Assembly (NCBI RefSeq): GCF_039654945.1
Contig: NW_027361723.1
Span: forward strand, 2,666,001 to 2,730,000
Reading direction: 5' to 3'
Length of the DNA: 64,000 nt
DNA from: Dendrobates tinctorius
Lineage: Eukaryota
Every line of letters begins with the position of its first letter. Position 1 is the stretch's first letter. The notes beneath the pieces were generated by a model that was not told where the DNA came from, made no database searches, and was given only the letters and a program-made list of their open reading frames with translations. This document shows positions 39,440 to 53,304 of this stretch, piece after piece. The position numbers and the translations under genes were made by a program.

Positions 39440-41582
39440 CCTGCTGATACCTCAATACTGAGCCGCTGCTACCGTATGTGTCCCTATTACTGCACCTGAT
39501 ACCCCAATACTGAGCCGCTGCTGCCTTATGTGTCCCTATTACTGCACCTGATACCTCAATACTGAGCCGCCGCTGCCATATGTGTCTCTATTACTGCACC
39601 TGATACCCCAATACTGAGCCGCTGCTGCCATATGTGTCTCTATTACTGCACCTGATACCCCAATACTGAGCCGCCGCTGCCATATGTGTCTCTATTACTG
39701 CACCTGATACCCCAATACTGAGCCGCCGCTGCCATATGTGTCTCTATTACTGCACCTGATACCCCAATACTGAGCCGCTGCTGCCATATGTGTCTCTATT
39801 ACTGCGCCTGATACCCCAATACTGAGCCGCTGCTGCCATATGTGTCTCTATTACTGCACCTGATACCCCAATGCTGAGCCGCTGCTGCATGTGTCTCTAT
39901 TACTGCGCCTCATACCCCAATGCTGAGCCGCTGCTGCCATATGTGTCTCTATTACTGCACCTGATACCCCAATACTGAGCCACTACTGCCGTATGTGTCT
40001 CTATTACTGCACCTGATACCCCAATACTGAGCCACTACTGCCGTATGTGTCCCTATTACTGCACCTGATACCCCAATACTGAGCCGCTGCTGCCGTATGT
40101 GTCTCTATTACTGCAGCTGATACCCCAATGCTGAGCTGCTGCTGCATGTGTCTCTATTACTGCACCTGATACCCCAATGCTAAGCTGCTGCTGCAGTATG
40201 TGTCTCTATTACTGCACCTGATACCCCAATGCTGAGCCGCTGCTGCCATATGTGTCTCTATTACTGCACCTGATACCCCAATGCTGAGCCGCTGCTGCCG
40301 TATGTGTCTCTATTACTGCAGCTGATACACCAATACTGAGCTGCTGCTGCATGTGTCTATTTACTGCACCTGATACCCCAAAGCTGAGCCGCTGCTGCCA
40401 TGTGTGTCCCTATTACTGCACCTGATACCCCAATACTGAGCTGCTGCTGCCGTATGTGTCCCTATTACTGCACCTGATACCCCAATGCTGAGCCGCTGCC
40501 AAATGTGTCTATTACTGCACCTGATACCCCAATACTGAGCCGCTGCTGCCATATGTGTCTATTACTGCACATGATACCCCAATACTGAGCCACTGCTGCC
40601 GTATTTGTCTCTATTACTGCACCTGATACCCCAATACTGAGCCACTGCTGCCGTATGTGTCCCTATTACTGCACTTGATACCCCAATACTGAGCATCTGC
40701 TGCCGTATGTGTCTCCATTACTGCACCTGATACCCCAATGCTGAGCCGCTGCCATATGTGTCTATTACTGCACCTGACACCCCAATACTGAGCCACTACT
40801 GCCGTATGTGTCCCTATTACTGCACCTGATACCCCAATGCTGAGCCACTGCTGCCTTATGTGTCCCTATTACTGCACCTGACACCCCAATACTGAGCCTC
40901 TGCTGCCGTATGTGTCCCTATTACTGCACCTGATACCCCAATGCTGAGCTGCTGCTGCCGTATGTGTCCCTATTACTGCACCTGACACCCCAATACTGAG
41001 CCACTACTGCCGTATGTGTCCCTATTACTGCACCTGATACCCCAATACTGAGCCGCTGCTGCCGTATGTGTCTCTATTACTGCACCCGATTCCCCAATAC
41101 TGAGCCACTACTGCCGTATGTGTCCCTATTACTGCACCTGATACCCCAATGCTGAGCCGCTGCCGTATGTGTCCCTATTACTGCACCTGATACCCCAATG
41201 CTGAGCCACTGCCGTATGTGTCCCTATTACTGCACCTGATACCCCAATACTGAGCCACTACTGCCGTATGTGTCCCTATTACTGCACCTGATACCCCAAT
41301 ACTGAGCCACTGCTGCCGTATGTGTCCCTATTACTGCACCTGATACCCCAATACTGAGCCTCTGCTGCCGTATGTGTCCCTGTTACTGCACCTGATACCC
41401 CAATACTGAGCCACTACTGCCGTATGTGTCCCTATTACTGCACCTGACACCCCAATACTGAGCCACTACTGCCGTATGTGTCCCTATTACTGCACCTGAC
41501 ACCCCAATGCTGAGCCGCTGCTGCCGTATGTGTCTCTATTACTGCACCCGATTCCCCAATACTGAGCCACTACTGCCGTATA
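39440..41582. repeat. 52-bp minisatellite (~41 copies; resumes at 45815-45945)
   Basis: CTATTACTGCACCTGATACCCCAATACTGAGCCGCTGCTGCCATATGTGT-type unit. Confidence 0.95.
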
Positions 41583-42243
41583 GAACATAATTTTACCTCT
41601 ATATAAGTCACTAGTGCGACCACACTTAGAATACTGTGTACAGTTCTGGTCTCCGGTGTATAAGAAAGACATAGCTGAACTGGAGCGGGTGCAGAGAAGA
41701 GCGACCAAGGTTATTAGGGAACTAGGGGGTCTGCAATACCAAGACAGGTTATTACACTTGGGGTTATTTAGTTTGGAGAATCGAAGGCTTAGTGGTAGTG
41801 TTGAGCATTCCGATACCGCAAGTATCGGGTATCGGCCGATACTTGCTGTATCGGAATTCCGATACCGACTTCCGATATTTTTTCAATATCGGAATTCGGC
41901 ATCGGAATCGGAAGTTCAGTTGATTGACAGCCTGACGTCATCATGATGCGCGGTGTGTGCGCATCATGATGCGCCGTCATTTCGGGCCTTCCGGGGGTCT
42001 CTGCCGGCCTGCCGGGGGGCTGTGTGGACTGCCCGGGGTCTGTACCGGCCTGCCGGGGGGCTGTGCCGGCCTGCCGGGGGGCTGTGCTGATGTCCGGGGG
42101 GCTGTGCAAGCATCGTCCGATGGGACTACAAGTCCCATCTGGCGATGCCTGCTACCATGACAGTGATTGACACATTAGCCAATGATGGGACAGTAGTAGT
42201 CCCATCATCCGGCTAATGTGTTAAATGTTAAAAAAAAAAAAAA

Positions 42244-42730
42244 TACTACATACATACTACATGCTACATACATACTACATACATGCTGCATGCTACATAC
42301 ATACTACATGCTACATGCATGCTACATACATACTACATGCTACATACATACTACATGCATGCTACATACATACTACATGCATGCTACATACATACCACAT
42401 ACATACCACATACATACCACATACATACATACCACATACATACTACATATATACTACATACTACATGCATGCTACATACATACTACATACTACATGCTAC
42501 ATACATACTACATATATACTACATGCATGCTACATACATACTACATGCTACATACATACCACATACATGCTACATACATACTACATACTTACCACATACA
42601 TACTACATACATACTACATACATACTACATACTACATATATACTACATGCATGCTACATACATACTGCATGCTACATGCATGCTACATACATACTACATA
42701 CATACCACATACATACAATACATATAACAT
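42244..42730. repeat. TACA/TACTACA/TGC compound microsatellite (left arm)
   Basis: Direct reading. Confidence 0.95.
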
Positions 42731-43387
42731 AGAGTAACATACTTACCAATACTTGTCACATTGTTCCCCGAAGCCATTGTCTTTTCCGGAATAAATATTA
42801 ACATAACAAACCACAAAAATACTCACCCACGATCCGAAGCAGTCCACGAGTGTGTCCCACGATGATCTTGGGTAGAGAACTGCAGCATCAGATGATGCTG
42901 CCGTTCTCTACGGGCTGCAGGAATCCAATGACGGAAGGTAGGTATCCTTCCGCACTGTATTCCTCCGCCACTTAAAAAAAAAAAAAGTCCCTAGTCTCAC
43001 TTTATGCCATTGCTGTGTGGGAATTTCCCACACAGCAATGGCATAAAAAAAAAAAAGTCCCTAGTCTCACTTTATGCCATTGCTGTGTGGGAAATTCCCA
43101 CACAGCAATGGCATAAAGTGAGACTAGGGACTTTTTTTTTTTTTTTTAAGTGGCGGAGGAATACAGTGCAGAAGGATACCTACCTTCCGTCATTGATTCC
43201 TGCAGCCCGTAGAGAACGGCAGCATCAGCTGATGCTGCAGTTCTCTACCCAAGATCGTCGTGGGACACACTCGTGGACTGCTTCGGATCGTGGGTGAGTA
43301 TTTTTGTGGTTTGTTATGTTAATATTTATTCCGGAAAAGACAATGGCTTCGGGGAACAATGTGACAAGTATTGGTAAGTATGTTACT

Positions 43388-44530
43388 CTATGTTATATGT
43401 ACTGTATGTCTATGTATGTATTGTATGAATGTATTGTATGTATGTAGTATATATGTGGTATGTATGTAGCATGTAGTATGTATGTAGTATGTATGTAGCA
43501 TGCATGTAGCATGCAGTATGTATGTAGCATGCATGTAGTATATATGTAGTATGTATGTAGCATGCATGTAGTATATATGTGTGAATGTATGTAGCATGTA
43601 GTATGTATGTAGTATGTATGTGGTATGTATGTAGCATGTAGTATGTATGTAGTATGCATGTAGTATGCATGTAGTATGCATGTAGTATATATGTAGTATA
43701 TATGTAGCATGTATGTAGCATGCATGTAGTATATATGTAGTATATATGTAGCATGTATGTAGCATGTATGTAGCATGCATGTAGTATATATGTAGTATAT
43801 ATGTAGCATGTATGTAGCATGTATGTAGCATGCATGTAGTATATATGTAGTATGTATGTAGCATGTATGTAGCATGCATGTAGCATGCATGTAGTATATA
43901 TGTAGTATGTAGTATGTATGTAGTATATATGTAGTATATATGTAGCATGTAGTATGTATGTAGCATGCATGTAGTATATATGTAGTATATATGTAGCATG
44001 TATGTGGTATGTATGTAGCATGTAGTATGTATGTAGCATGCATGTAGTATATACGTAGTATGTATGTAGCATGTAGTATGTATGTAGCATGCATGTAGTA
44101 TATATGTAGTATGTATGTAGCATGCATGTAGTATATATGTAGCATGTAGTATATATGTAGTATGTATGTAGCATGTAGTATGTATGTAGTATGTATGTAG
44201 CATGTAGTATGTATGTAGCATGCATGTAGTATATATGTAGTATGTACAGTATGTAGCATGCACTATGTATGTAGCATGCATGTAGTATATATGTGTTATG
44301 TATGTAGCATGCATGTAGCATGCATGTAGTATGTATGTAGTATATATGTGGTATGTATGTAGCATGTAGTATGTATGTAGCATGCAGTATAGTATATATG
44401 TAGTATGTATGTAGTATATATGTAGTATGTATGTTGCATGTAGTATTTATTTAGTATGAATGTAGCATGTATGTAGCATGTATGTAGTATGTAGTATGAA
44501 TGTAGCATGTATGTTGTATGTATGTAGCAT
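43388..44530. repeat. TGTA/TGTAG compound microsatellite (right arm, reverse complement of the left, about twice as long)
   Basis: Direct reading. Confidence 0.95.
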
Positions 44531-44689
44531 GTAATTTTTTTTTTTTTTTTTTTACATTCAACACATTAGCCGGATGATAGGACTATTACTGTCCCATCAT
44601 TGGCTAATGTGTCAATCACTGTCATGGTAGCAGGCATCGCCCGATGGGACTTGTAGTCCCATCGGACGATGCCTGCACAGACCCCCGAA

Positions 44690-45141
44690 GCCTGCACAGA
44701 CCACCGGCAGGCCAGCACAGACCACCGGCAGGCCGGCACAGACCCCCGGCAGGCCGGCACAGACCCCCTGGCAGGCCGGCACAGACCCCCTGGCAGGCCG
44801 GCACAGACCCCCTGGCAGGCCGGCACAGACCCCCTGGCAGGCCGGCACAGACCCCCTGGCAGGCCGGCACAGACCCCCTGGCAGGCCGGCACAGACCCCC
44901 TGGCAGGCCGGCACAGACCCCCTGGCAGGCCGGCACAGACCCCCTGGCAGGCCGGCACAGACCCCCTGGCAGGCCGGCACAGACCCCCTGGCAGGCCGGC
45001 ACAGACCCCCTGGCAGGCCGGCACAGACCCCCTGGCAGGCCGGCACAGACCCCCTGGCAGGCCGGCACAGACCCCCTGGCAGGCCGGCACAGACCCCCTG
45101 GCAGGCCGGCACAGACCCCCTGGCAGGCCGGCACAGACCCC
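44690..45141. repeat. 22-bp GC-rich minisatellite GGCAGGCCGGCACAGACCCCCT (~20 copies)
   Basis: Nearly perfect tandem units; ~5 degenerate inverse copies at 41985-42110. Confidence 0.95.
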
Positions 45142-46580
45142 AGAGAGGCTGTACAAGGGCAGGAAAGGGTTTTTCTTATTCCGATACCGGAAGTCCCATA
45201 GACTTGAATGGACTTCCGGTATCGGAATCGGCGATACCGATACTTTTTTTAAAGATCGGCCGATACCATCCGATACGATACTTTGAAGTATCGGACGGTA
45301 TCGCTCAACTCTACTTAGGGGTGATCTTATTACAATGTATAAATATATGCGGGGACAATACAAAAACCTTTCTAATGATCTTTTTACTCTTAGACCTGTG
45401 ACGGGGACAAGGGGGCATCCTCTACGTCTGGAGGAAAGAAGGTTTAAGCATACTCACAGACGCGGATTCTTTACTGTAAGAGCAGTGAGACTATGGAACT
45501 CTCTGCCATATGATGTTGTAATGAGTGATTCACTACTAAAATTTAAGAAGGGACTGGATGCCTTTCTTGAAAAGTATAATATTACAGGGTATATACACTA
45601 GTCTCCTTAATATTGCGTTGATCCAGGGAGCTAGTCTGATTGCCGTATGTGGAGTCGGGAAGGAATTTTTTTCCCCAATGTGAAGCCTACTGTTGCCACA
45701 TGGGGTTTTTTTGCCTTCCTCTGGATCAACATGTTAGGGCAAGTTAGGATAGGATATGGGTTGAACTAGATGGACTTAAAGTCTCCCTTCAACCTTAATA
45801 ACTATGTTACTATGTATGTGTCCCTATTACTGCACCTGATACCCCAATGCTGAGCCGCTGCCGTATGTGTCCCTATTACTGCACCTGATACCCCAATGCT
45901 GAGCCACTGCCGTATGTGTCCCTATTACTGCACCTGATACCCCCTATACACACACGGCCTGCTCCATACACCTCGTACACAGCGTCGGACTGGCCCACCG
46001 GGGAACCGGTGGATTCTCCGGTGGGCCCTGGCATCTGGTGGGCCCTGGCACCTGCTGGCATACAGGGCCAGCAGTTGCCTAGGGCCCCCGCTGCTCCAGG
46101 GGCCCCCAGCCAGTGGTGTGTCGCACACCATGCAGCTGCTATGGGGGCCCCTGCCAGCGGAGCAGCAGCGGGTGTCAGGAGGCAGGAGCCCATGTCCCCG
46201 CTGCTAAAGAGAAATGAATATTCACTGCGAAGCAGTGAATATCATTTCACAGTCTCCACCCCCAGAGGCTACGGCCACCAGCCCAATAAGCTGCTCTGCA
46301 TCAGGGCCGGCGCCGTCCTCAGTCCTCTCTGCTCCTGGCTCACAGCCAGTGCGCGATGACGTCACTACATCGCGCACCCGCTGTGTGTCTGGCAGAGGGG
46401 GAGCTCCTGACACTGAAGCCGGGATCAGCGTGGGAGCGAGNNNNNNNNNNNNNNNNNNNNNNNNNNNNNNNNNNNNNNNNNNNNNNNNNNNNNNNNNNNN
46501 NNNNNNNNNNNNNNNNNNNNNNNNNNNNNNNNNNNNNNNNNNNNNNNNNNNNNNNNNNNNNNNNNNNNNNNNNNNNNNNN

Positions 46581-48200
46581 ATCTCTATCGCTCTATCTTT
46601 ATATCTATCTTTCTATCTCTACATCTATCTCTATATATCTCTATATCTATCTATTATGTCTATCTATCTCTATATCTATCTTACTCTATCTATCTCTATA
46701 TCTATTATCTCTATATTTATTATCTATCTAGCTACCATCTATATCTATCTATCTTTATCTATATATATCTCTATCTAATATCTATATCTATCTATCTCTA
46801 TACCTATCTATCTATTTATCTATCCGTTATCTATCTCTATATCTTTTCTCTGTATCTATCTATCTCTATATCTATATCTCTCGCTATCTATCGCTCTCTC
46901 TCTATATCTATATATCTATCTCTATTTCTCTCTATATCTATCTCTATATCTCTATCTCTATCTCTCTGTATATCTATCGCTCTATCTCTATATCTATCTC
47001 TATATATCTATATCTATTTCTCTCTATATCTATCTATTTATCTCTATATCTATCTATCTTTCTATCTCTATATCCATCTCTATATCTATCTATCTTTCTC
47101 TATCTATCGCTCTATCTTTCTATCTCTACATATATCTCTATATCTATCTTTCTATCTAAATCTATCTATATCTATATCTATTATTACTATCTATCCAGCT
47201 ATCTCTATTATCTATATCTACCTATCTCTATATCTTTCTATCTTACTCTATCTCTATATTTATTATCTATCTTTATCTATCTATCTCTATCTATTATCTA
47301 TATCTATCTCTCTATCTATTTATCGATCTCTGTATCTATCTCTCTATCTACCGCTCTCTCTATCTATCTTTATATCTATCTATCTCTATATCTATCTACC
47401 TATCTATCTCTATATCTATAACTATATATATATATCTGTTTCTCTCTATATCTATCTCTATAGCTATCTATATATTATCTCTATATCCATATCTATCTCT
47501 ATATCCATATCTATCTCTATATCCATATCTATCTCTATATCCATATCTATCTCTCTCTATAGCTATCTTTCTATCTAACACTATATCTCTATATCTATCT
47601 CTATATCTCATTATCTATCAATCTCTATCTCTATCTCTCTTTATCTATCTATCTATCCATCTATCTCTATATCTATTATATCTATCTATTATCTCTATTA
47701 TCTATATCTGTCTATCTATCTCTATATCTCTCTATATCTCTCTTTCTAACTCTATATCTATCTATCTCTATACATATCTCTATATCTAGCTATTATCTCT
47801 ATATCTATCTTTCTATATCTATCTGTCTCTATATCTATATATCTCTATATCTATTTTTATTTATAGCCATGTATCTATATATATTTATCTCTATATCTAT
47901 ATATGTCTATATTATATTATTATATCTGTATATCTCTATCTATTATCTATCTCTATATCTTTCTATCTATAGCTATCTATCTATCCATTATCTATTTTCT
48001 ATCTATCTCTATATCTATCTACCTATCGATCTATCTTTCTATATCTATCTTTATATCTATATCTATCTCTATGAATCTTTCTATCTATATCTATCCATTA
48101 TCTACTTTCTATCCATTATCTGCTATCTATCTCTATATCTATCTATTTCTACATCTATCTTTCTATCTATATCTATCTAACTCTATATCTATATATCTAT
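46581..48200. repeat. Degenerate (TCTA/TATC)n GATA-type microsatellite, preceded by a 140-N gap (46441-46580)
   Basis: Direct reading. Confidence 0.95.
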
Positions 48201-49045
48201 ATAGCATTATACCCTATGAGAGGGTGCATTATTCCCTATGAGGGGGCAGCATTATACCCTATGAGGAGGGCAGCATTATTCCCTATGAGGGGGTGCATTA
48301 TACCCTATGAGGGGGTGCATTATACCCTATGAGGGGGTGCATTATTCCCTATGAGGGGGTGCATTATTCCCTATGAGGGGGTGCATTATTCCCTATGAGG
48401 GGGGCAGTATTATACCCTATGAGGAGGGCAGCATTATACCCTATGAGGAGGGCAGCATTATACCCTATGAGGGGGTGCATTATTCCCTATGAGGGGGTGC
48501 ATTATTCCCTATGAGGGGGGCAGTATTATACCCTATGAGGAGGGCAGCATTATTCCCTATGAGGGGGTGCATTATTCCCTATGAGGGGGTGCATTATTCC
48601 CTATGAGGGGGTGCATTATTCCCTATGAGGGGGGCAGTATTATACCCTATGAGGAGGGCAGCATTATACCCTATGAGGAGGGCAGCATTATACCCTATGA
48701 GGGGGCAGCATTATACCCTATGAGGGGGCAGCATTATACCCTATGAGGGGGTGCATTATTCCCTATGAGGGGGTGCATTATACCCTATGAGGGGGCAGCA
48801 TTATACCCTATGAGGGGGTGCATTATTCCCTATGAGGAGGCAGCATTATACCCTATGAGGGGGGCAGTATTATACCCTATGAGGAGGGCAGTATTATACC
48901 CTATGAGGGGGTGCATTATACCCTATCATTATACCCTATGAGGAGGGCAGTATTATACCCTATGAGGGGGTGCATTATACCCTATGAGGGGGTGCATTAT
49001 ACCCTATGAGGGGGTGCATTATACCCTATGAGGGGGGCAGTATTG
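48200..49045. repeat. 22-23-bp minisatellite GCATTATACCCTATGAGGGGGT
   Basis: ~37 copies. Confidence 0.95.
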
Positions 49046-49799
49046 TATTCTATGAGATGGCTGCATTATATTCTATGAGATGGCTGTATTATACTATGTG
49101 AGGGGGCTGCTTTATATTCTATGAGGGGGCTACCCCAACTCCTGCTACATAATTAAGACATGTACAACCTTATATTATACCCGGATATTAGCGTGTTTTA
49201 CCGCATAATTGGTGGTCTGGTATTTAACTCTATGCAGCTACATAGTGGGCCCCAAGAATGATTTTCTCTGGTGGGCCCAAGGTGTTCCAGTCCGACGCTG
49301 CTCGTACACATACGGCTCAAATCCGTACACCTTGCACACACGGCTCCACTCCGTACACAAACAGCTCCGCTCCTCCGTACACCTCATACACACACGGCTC
49401 TGCTACATCCACCCTGTAAATCAATCCTGAGCCCACACAGAAACTTCACCTCATCCAGCACCATGACAACCAGCACAGCAGAGCCCTGTGCTGAAGCCCG
49501 TGATCATGTGACCCCCTGACTCCGCCCCTCTTGTGACCTCATCACAGGTCCTGTGCGCACAGAAAAGCTCAGGACGACATTGCTGGCTGTGAGGTGGGGG
49601 GCGCACTGCTGGCACCAGGTCCCTCAGCGGCCGGGCACCAGTGTAGGGAGATCGATTCTCCCTGCTCTGCTGCAGAATGTAACTGTATGGGTGCGCTGTG
49701 CACGCCGATACAGTTACAGTAGCATAGCTCAGTGGGCCCCTCAGAGTTCGGGGCCACTGCCCCCTCTGCCCCCCCGGTAGCTACGCTACTGAGCAAATC

Positions 49800-52366
49800 C
49801 CAATGAGGTGATTATTATGGAGGACTTCAACTACCCCGACACAGACCGGGAAACTGAAACCTGCGGATCTCAGAAAGGAAACCAATTTCTGTCAGTGACC
49901 GAGGATAATTATCTGTCACCACTTGTGCAGGGCCCAACTAGAGGGACGGCCCTTCTGGACTTAGTGTAAAGCCACAGGCCAGATAGAATAACAGAAGTCC
50001 GAGCCGATGACACCGAGGGAACAGTGACCACAATATAACACAATGCCACTTGTCCTTCAGTAAGGCGCCCTGGAAGGGGGCTACGAAAACGCTGAATTTC
50101 AGGAAAGCAAAGTGTGAGCAGCTTAGAGAGGACCTTCACCGAATTGATTGGGACAATGTCCTCAAAAATAGGAGCACAGAAAAAAAATGGGAAACATTTA
50201 AATCCGTTTTACACACCCACTGCGAGCTAGCCATACCGTACAGAAATAAAAGGGCTAGGAACAGGAGAACACCAATGTGGCTAAATAAGGATGTAAAAAG
50301 GGCAATAAAGAACAAGAACAAGGCATTTAAGAAGCTAAAACAAGAAGGCAATGAAGAAGCATTAAAAAGTTATAGAGAAAAAATAAAATGTGTAAAAAAC
50401 AAAAACATTTAGCAAAAGTGGAAACTGAGAGACTCATTGCTAAGGAAAGTAAAACAAATCCCAAACTATTATTTAATTATATAAACAGTAAAAAGATTAA
50501 AATTGATGGTGTCGGCCCTTTAAAGAACAATGAGGGTGAAATCATAGAGAGCGATGTGGGAAAAGCAAATGTTTTAAATACTTTTTTCTCAACAGTGTTT
50601 ACACAGGAAAAGGATTTGCCAGGGGAAATGCAGAGTGATAATGTAAACTCCCCATTAAGTATTACCTGCCTAACCCAGAAAGAAGTGCAGAACCGCCTTA
50701 GTAAGATTAAAACGGACAAATCACCAGGCCCTGATGGCATTCACCCTCGGGTATTAAGGGAGTTAAGTAATGTGATAGACAGGCCTCTATTCCTTATATT
50801 TAAAGACTCTATAGAAGCAGGGTCTGTTCCTTTTGATTGGCGGCAAGCAAATGTGGTACCAATATTCAAAAAGGGGTGTAAAAGGGAACCTGGAAACTAT
50901 AGGCCGGTAAGCTGAACATCTGTTGTGGGTAAAATGTTTGAAGGGTTTCTAAGGGAAACCATTATGGAATATCTCAATGTTAATAAATGTTTAACTCCAT
51001 AGCAACATGGATTTATGAAGGATCGCTCCTGTCAGACTAACCTGATCAGCTCCTATGAGGATGTAAGCTCTCAAATGGACCCAGGAGAATCATTGGATGT
51101 CATTTATCTCGACTTCTCTAAAGCATCTGACACTGTCCCACATAAAAGATTGGTAAGTAAGAGGAGAAAGCTTGGGCTAGGGGAAAATGTGTGTAGATGG
51201 GTAGGTAGCTGGCTCAGTGATAGAAAACAAAGAGTGGTTATTAATGGGGCATCCTCAGATTGGGCCAGGGTTACTAGTGGGGGACCACAGGGGTCTGTAT
51301 TGGGCCCCCTACTATTTAATATATTTATTAATGATCTAGTGGATGGCTTACACAGTAACATATCAGTATTTGCAGATGATACAAAAATATGTAAGGGAGT
51401 TAACACAAAGGAGGAAAGTTTGCAACTACAGACAGATTTGAGTAAATTGGAGAATTGGGCTGAAAAATGGCAAATGAGGTTTAACACAGATAAGTGTAAG
51501 GTTATGCACATGGGAAGGAGAAACAGATGCTACAATTACTTACTAAATGGGAAACTGCTGGGGAAATCAGACATGGAAAAAGACTTAGGCATCTAAGTCA
51601 TTAAGAAGCTAAATTGGAGTGCCCAGTGTCAGGCAGCTGCCACCAAAGCAAATAGGGTCATGGGAGGCATTAGAAGAGGTCTGGGGACACGAGATGAAAA
51701 CATAATTCTCCCTCTGTACAAATCACTCGTCAGACCACACTTTGAGGATTGTGTGCAATTTTGGACGCCGGTGCTCAAGAAAGACATTACTGAACTTGAA
51801 AGGGTTCAAAGGCGGCAACTAAAATGATAAATGGAGTTGGTTCACTACAATACCCAGAAAGGTTATCAAAATTAGGTCTATTTACTCTAGAAAAGAGAAG
51901 ACTTAGGGGAGACTTAATATATATGTACAAGTATATCAGAGGGCAATACAGAGATCTCTCCAATGAACTGTTTGTACCAAGGACTGTGACAAGAACAAGG
52001 GGGCATTCTCTTCGTTTGGAGGAAAGACAATTTCTGCACCAGCATAGAAGAGGGTTCTTCACGGTAAGAGCAGTGAGGCTCTGGAATTCTCTTCCTGAGG
52101 AAGTGGTGATGGCCAACTCACTGAATGAATGTAAGAAAGGAATGGAGGCTTTTCTTGTGAGTAACAGTATAGAAGGTTACAAATAACAGAATATTACAGG
52201 TAGATGGTTGACCCAGCTTAGGGGAAGGAATTTTTTTCCCTATGGAGAAAATTGGCTTCTACTCTGTGGGTTTTTTGCCTTCCCCAGGATCAACAATGCA
52301 GTAAAAATAGGCTGAACTAGAGGGACATAAGGTCTTCCTTCAGCCTTCAAAACTATGTTACTATGT
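49800..52366 (+). mobile_element. CR1 LINE ORF2 remainder (endonuclease end, RT, 3' tail); degenerate
   Basis: KSPGPDGIHPRVLREL, GNYRPVS, YLDFSKA, QGSVLGPLLFNIFINDL, FADDTK, WQMRFNTDKCKVMH, FFTVRAVRLWNSLP; stops and frameshifts; tail ACTATGTTACTATG. Confidence 0.95.
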
Positions 52367-52367
52367 A

Positions 52368-52690
52368 ATGTTACTGGTGATCACTGTATTACCTGTACAC
52401 TGACACTATATACAGAGCTCCTGTGTATAATGTCACCAGTGATCACTGTATTATCTGTACACTGACACTATATACAGAGCTCCTGTGTACAGTGTCACCA
52501 GTGATCACTGTATTACCTGTACACTGACACTATACACAGAGCTCCTGTGTATAATGTCACCAGTGATCACTGTATTATCTGTACACTGACACTATATACA
52601 GAGCTCCTGTGTACAGTGTCACCAGTGATCACTGTATTACCTGTACACTGACACTATATATAGAGCTCCTGTGTATAATGTCACTGGTGG
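52368..52690. repeat. ~62-bp minisatellite (~5 copies)
   Basis: GTGATCACTGTATTACCTGTACACTGACACTATATACAGAGCTCCTGTGTATAATGTCACCA. Confidence 0.9.
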
Positions 52691-53304
52691 TAATAACAGT
52701 GCTGCTAGTGTCATGGTTTGCATTCATGATCAGTATGTGGTCTGGAGGTGGTGATATTTCTTCTTGTATGTGGCATTATTGGTCTCGGTATAGTGGACTG
52801 TGTTATATATGGCGGTCATTTTTTCTCTCAGATGTTGATTAGAAGAAGAATTTTAAAGTATATAATCACTAATGGCAATTGGTACACAGAGGCTGAGATG
52901 CACTTATAGAATTTCTCCAGTGAAAAAAGTAATAAATTCAACAGGATAAGCGATAACATACTGATTGATGGGGTCTGACTGCTTGGACTGACACCGATCG
53001 ACAAAATGTGGAGCTTTGATCCCCATTAGATTGGATCTCATGTGAAACTTGATCACTGATCCATATTCATTGTCTCAGTGACTGCACTTGTTTTTTCTTA
53101 ATGCCCCAAAAAGAATGAATGGAGGTGCGGTCAGACATCTCACCTGCTGCTGCATTTTCAAATGGGGAAAAAACGTCCTCATTCTTCCAATCGGTGCAGT
53201 TTCTAATGGTCGGACAGAAGTGATCACCTATCCTGTGGAGCCTAGGGATCAGTGAACTTAACAGCAAAGCCACAAAAAGAGGATTGAAAATCCTCCAAAA
53301 ATTC

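Larger units (their letters stand above)
41796..45313. mobile_element. Palindromic (foldback-like) non-autonomous hAT element, TSD CTTAGTGG/CTTAGGGG
   Basis: Ends TAGTGTTGAGCA / CGCTCAACTCTA; 7/8 TSD match. Internal arms 42105-43020 and 43090-44680 are reverse complements. Confidence 0.92.
41583..45814 (+). mobile_element. 5'-truncated CR1 LINE (41583-41795 + 45314-45814) split by a hAT MITE
   Basis: [19 protein letters not shown]...LFSLENRRL | GDLITMYKY...TRGHPLRL...FFTVRAVRLWNSLP; 3' tail ACTATGTTACTATG. Confidence 0.92.
45980..49300. mobile_element. Non-autonomous hAT element, perfect 14-bp TIR CAGCGTCGGACTGG, TSD CTCGTACA
   Basis: TSD at 45972-45979 and 49301-49308. Confidence 0.93.
39043..49791. 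mobile_element. 10.7-kb non-autonomous hAT-like element (including nested inserts) with 8-bp TSD AGCAAATC
   Basis: Ends CAGAGGTGTAGCTA / TAGCTACGCTACTG (imperfect TIR). TSD at 39035-39042 and 49792-49799. The CR1 ORF2 is continuous across it. Confidence 0.9.

Noticed and set aside
42218-45363. Long ORFs rich in H/T/Y or PACQGVCAGL repeats
   Set aside because: Translations of micro- and minisatellites, open in several frames
46214-48241. 454-aa and other I/Y/L/S-rich ORFs
   Set aside because: Run through an N gap and a TCTA microsatellite
52940-53240. Possible old MITE remnant (ACAGGATA...TATCCTGT ends)
   Set aside because: Too degenerate to define termini or a TSD by eye
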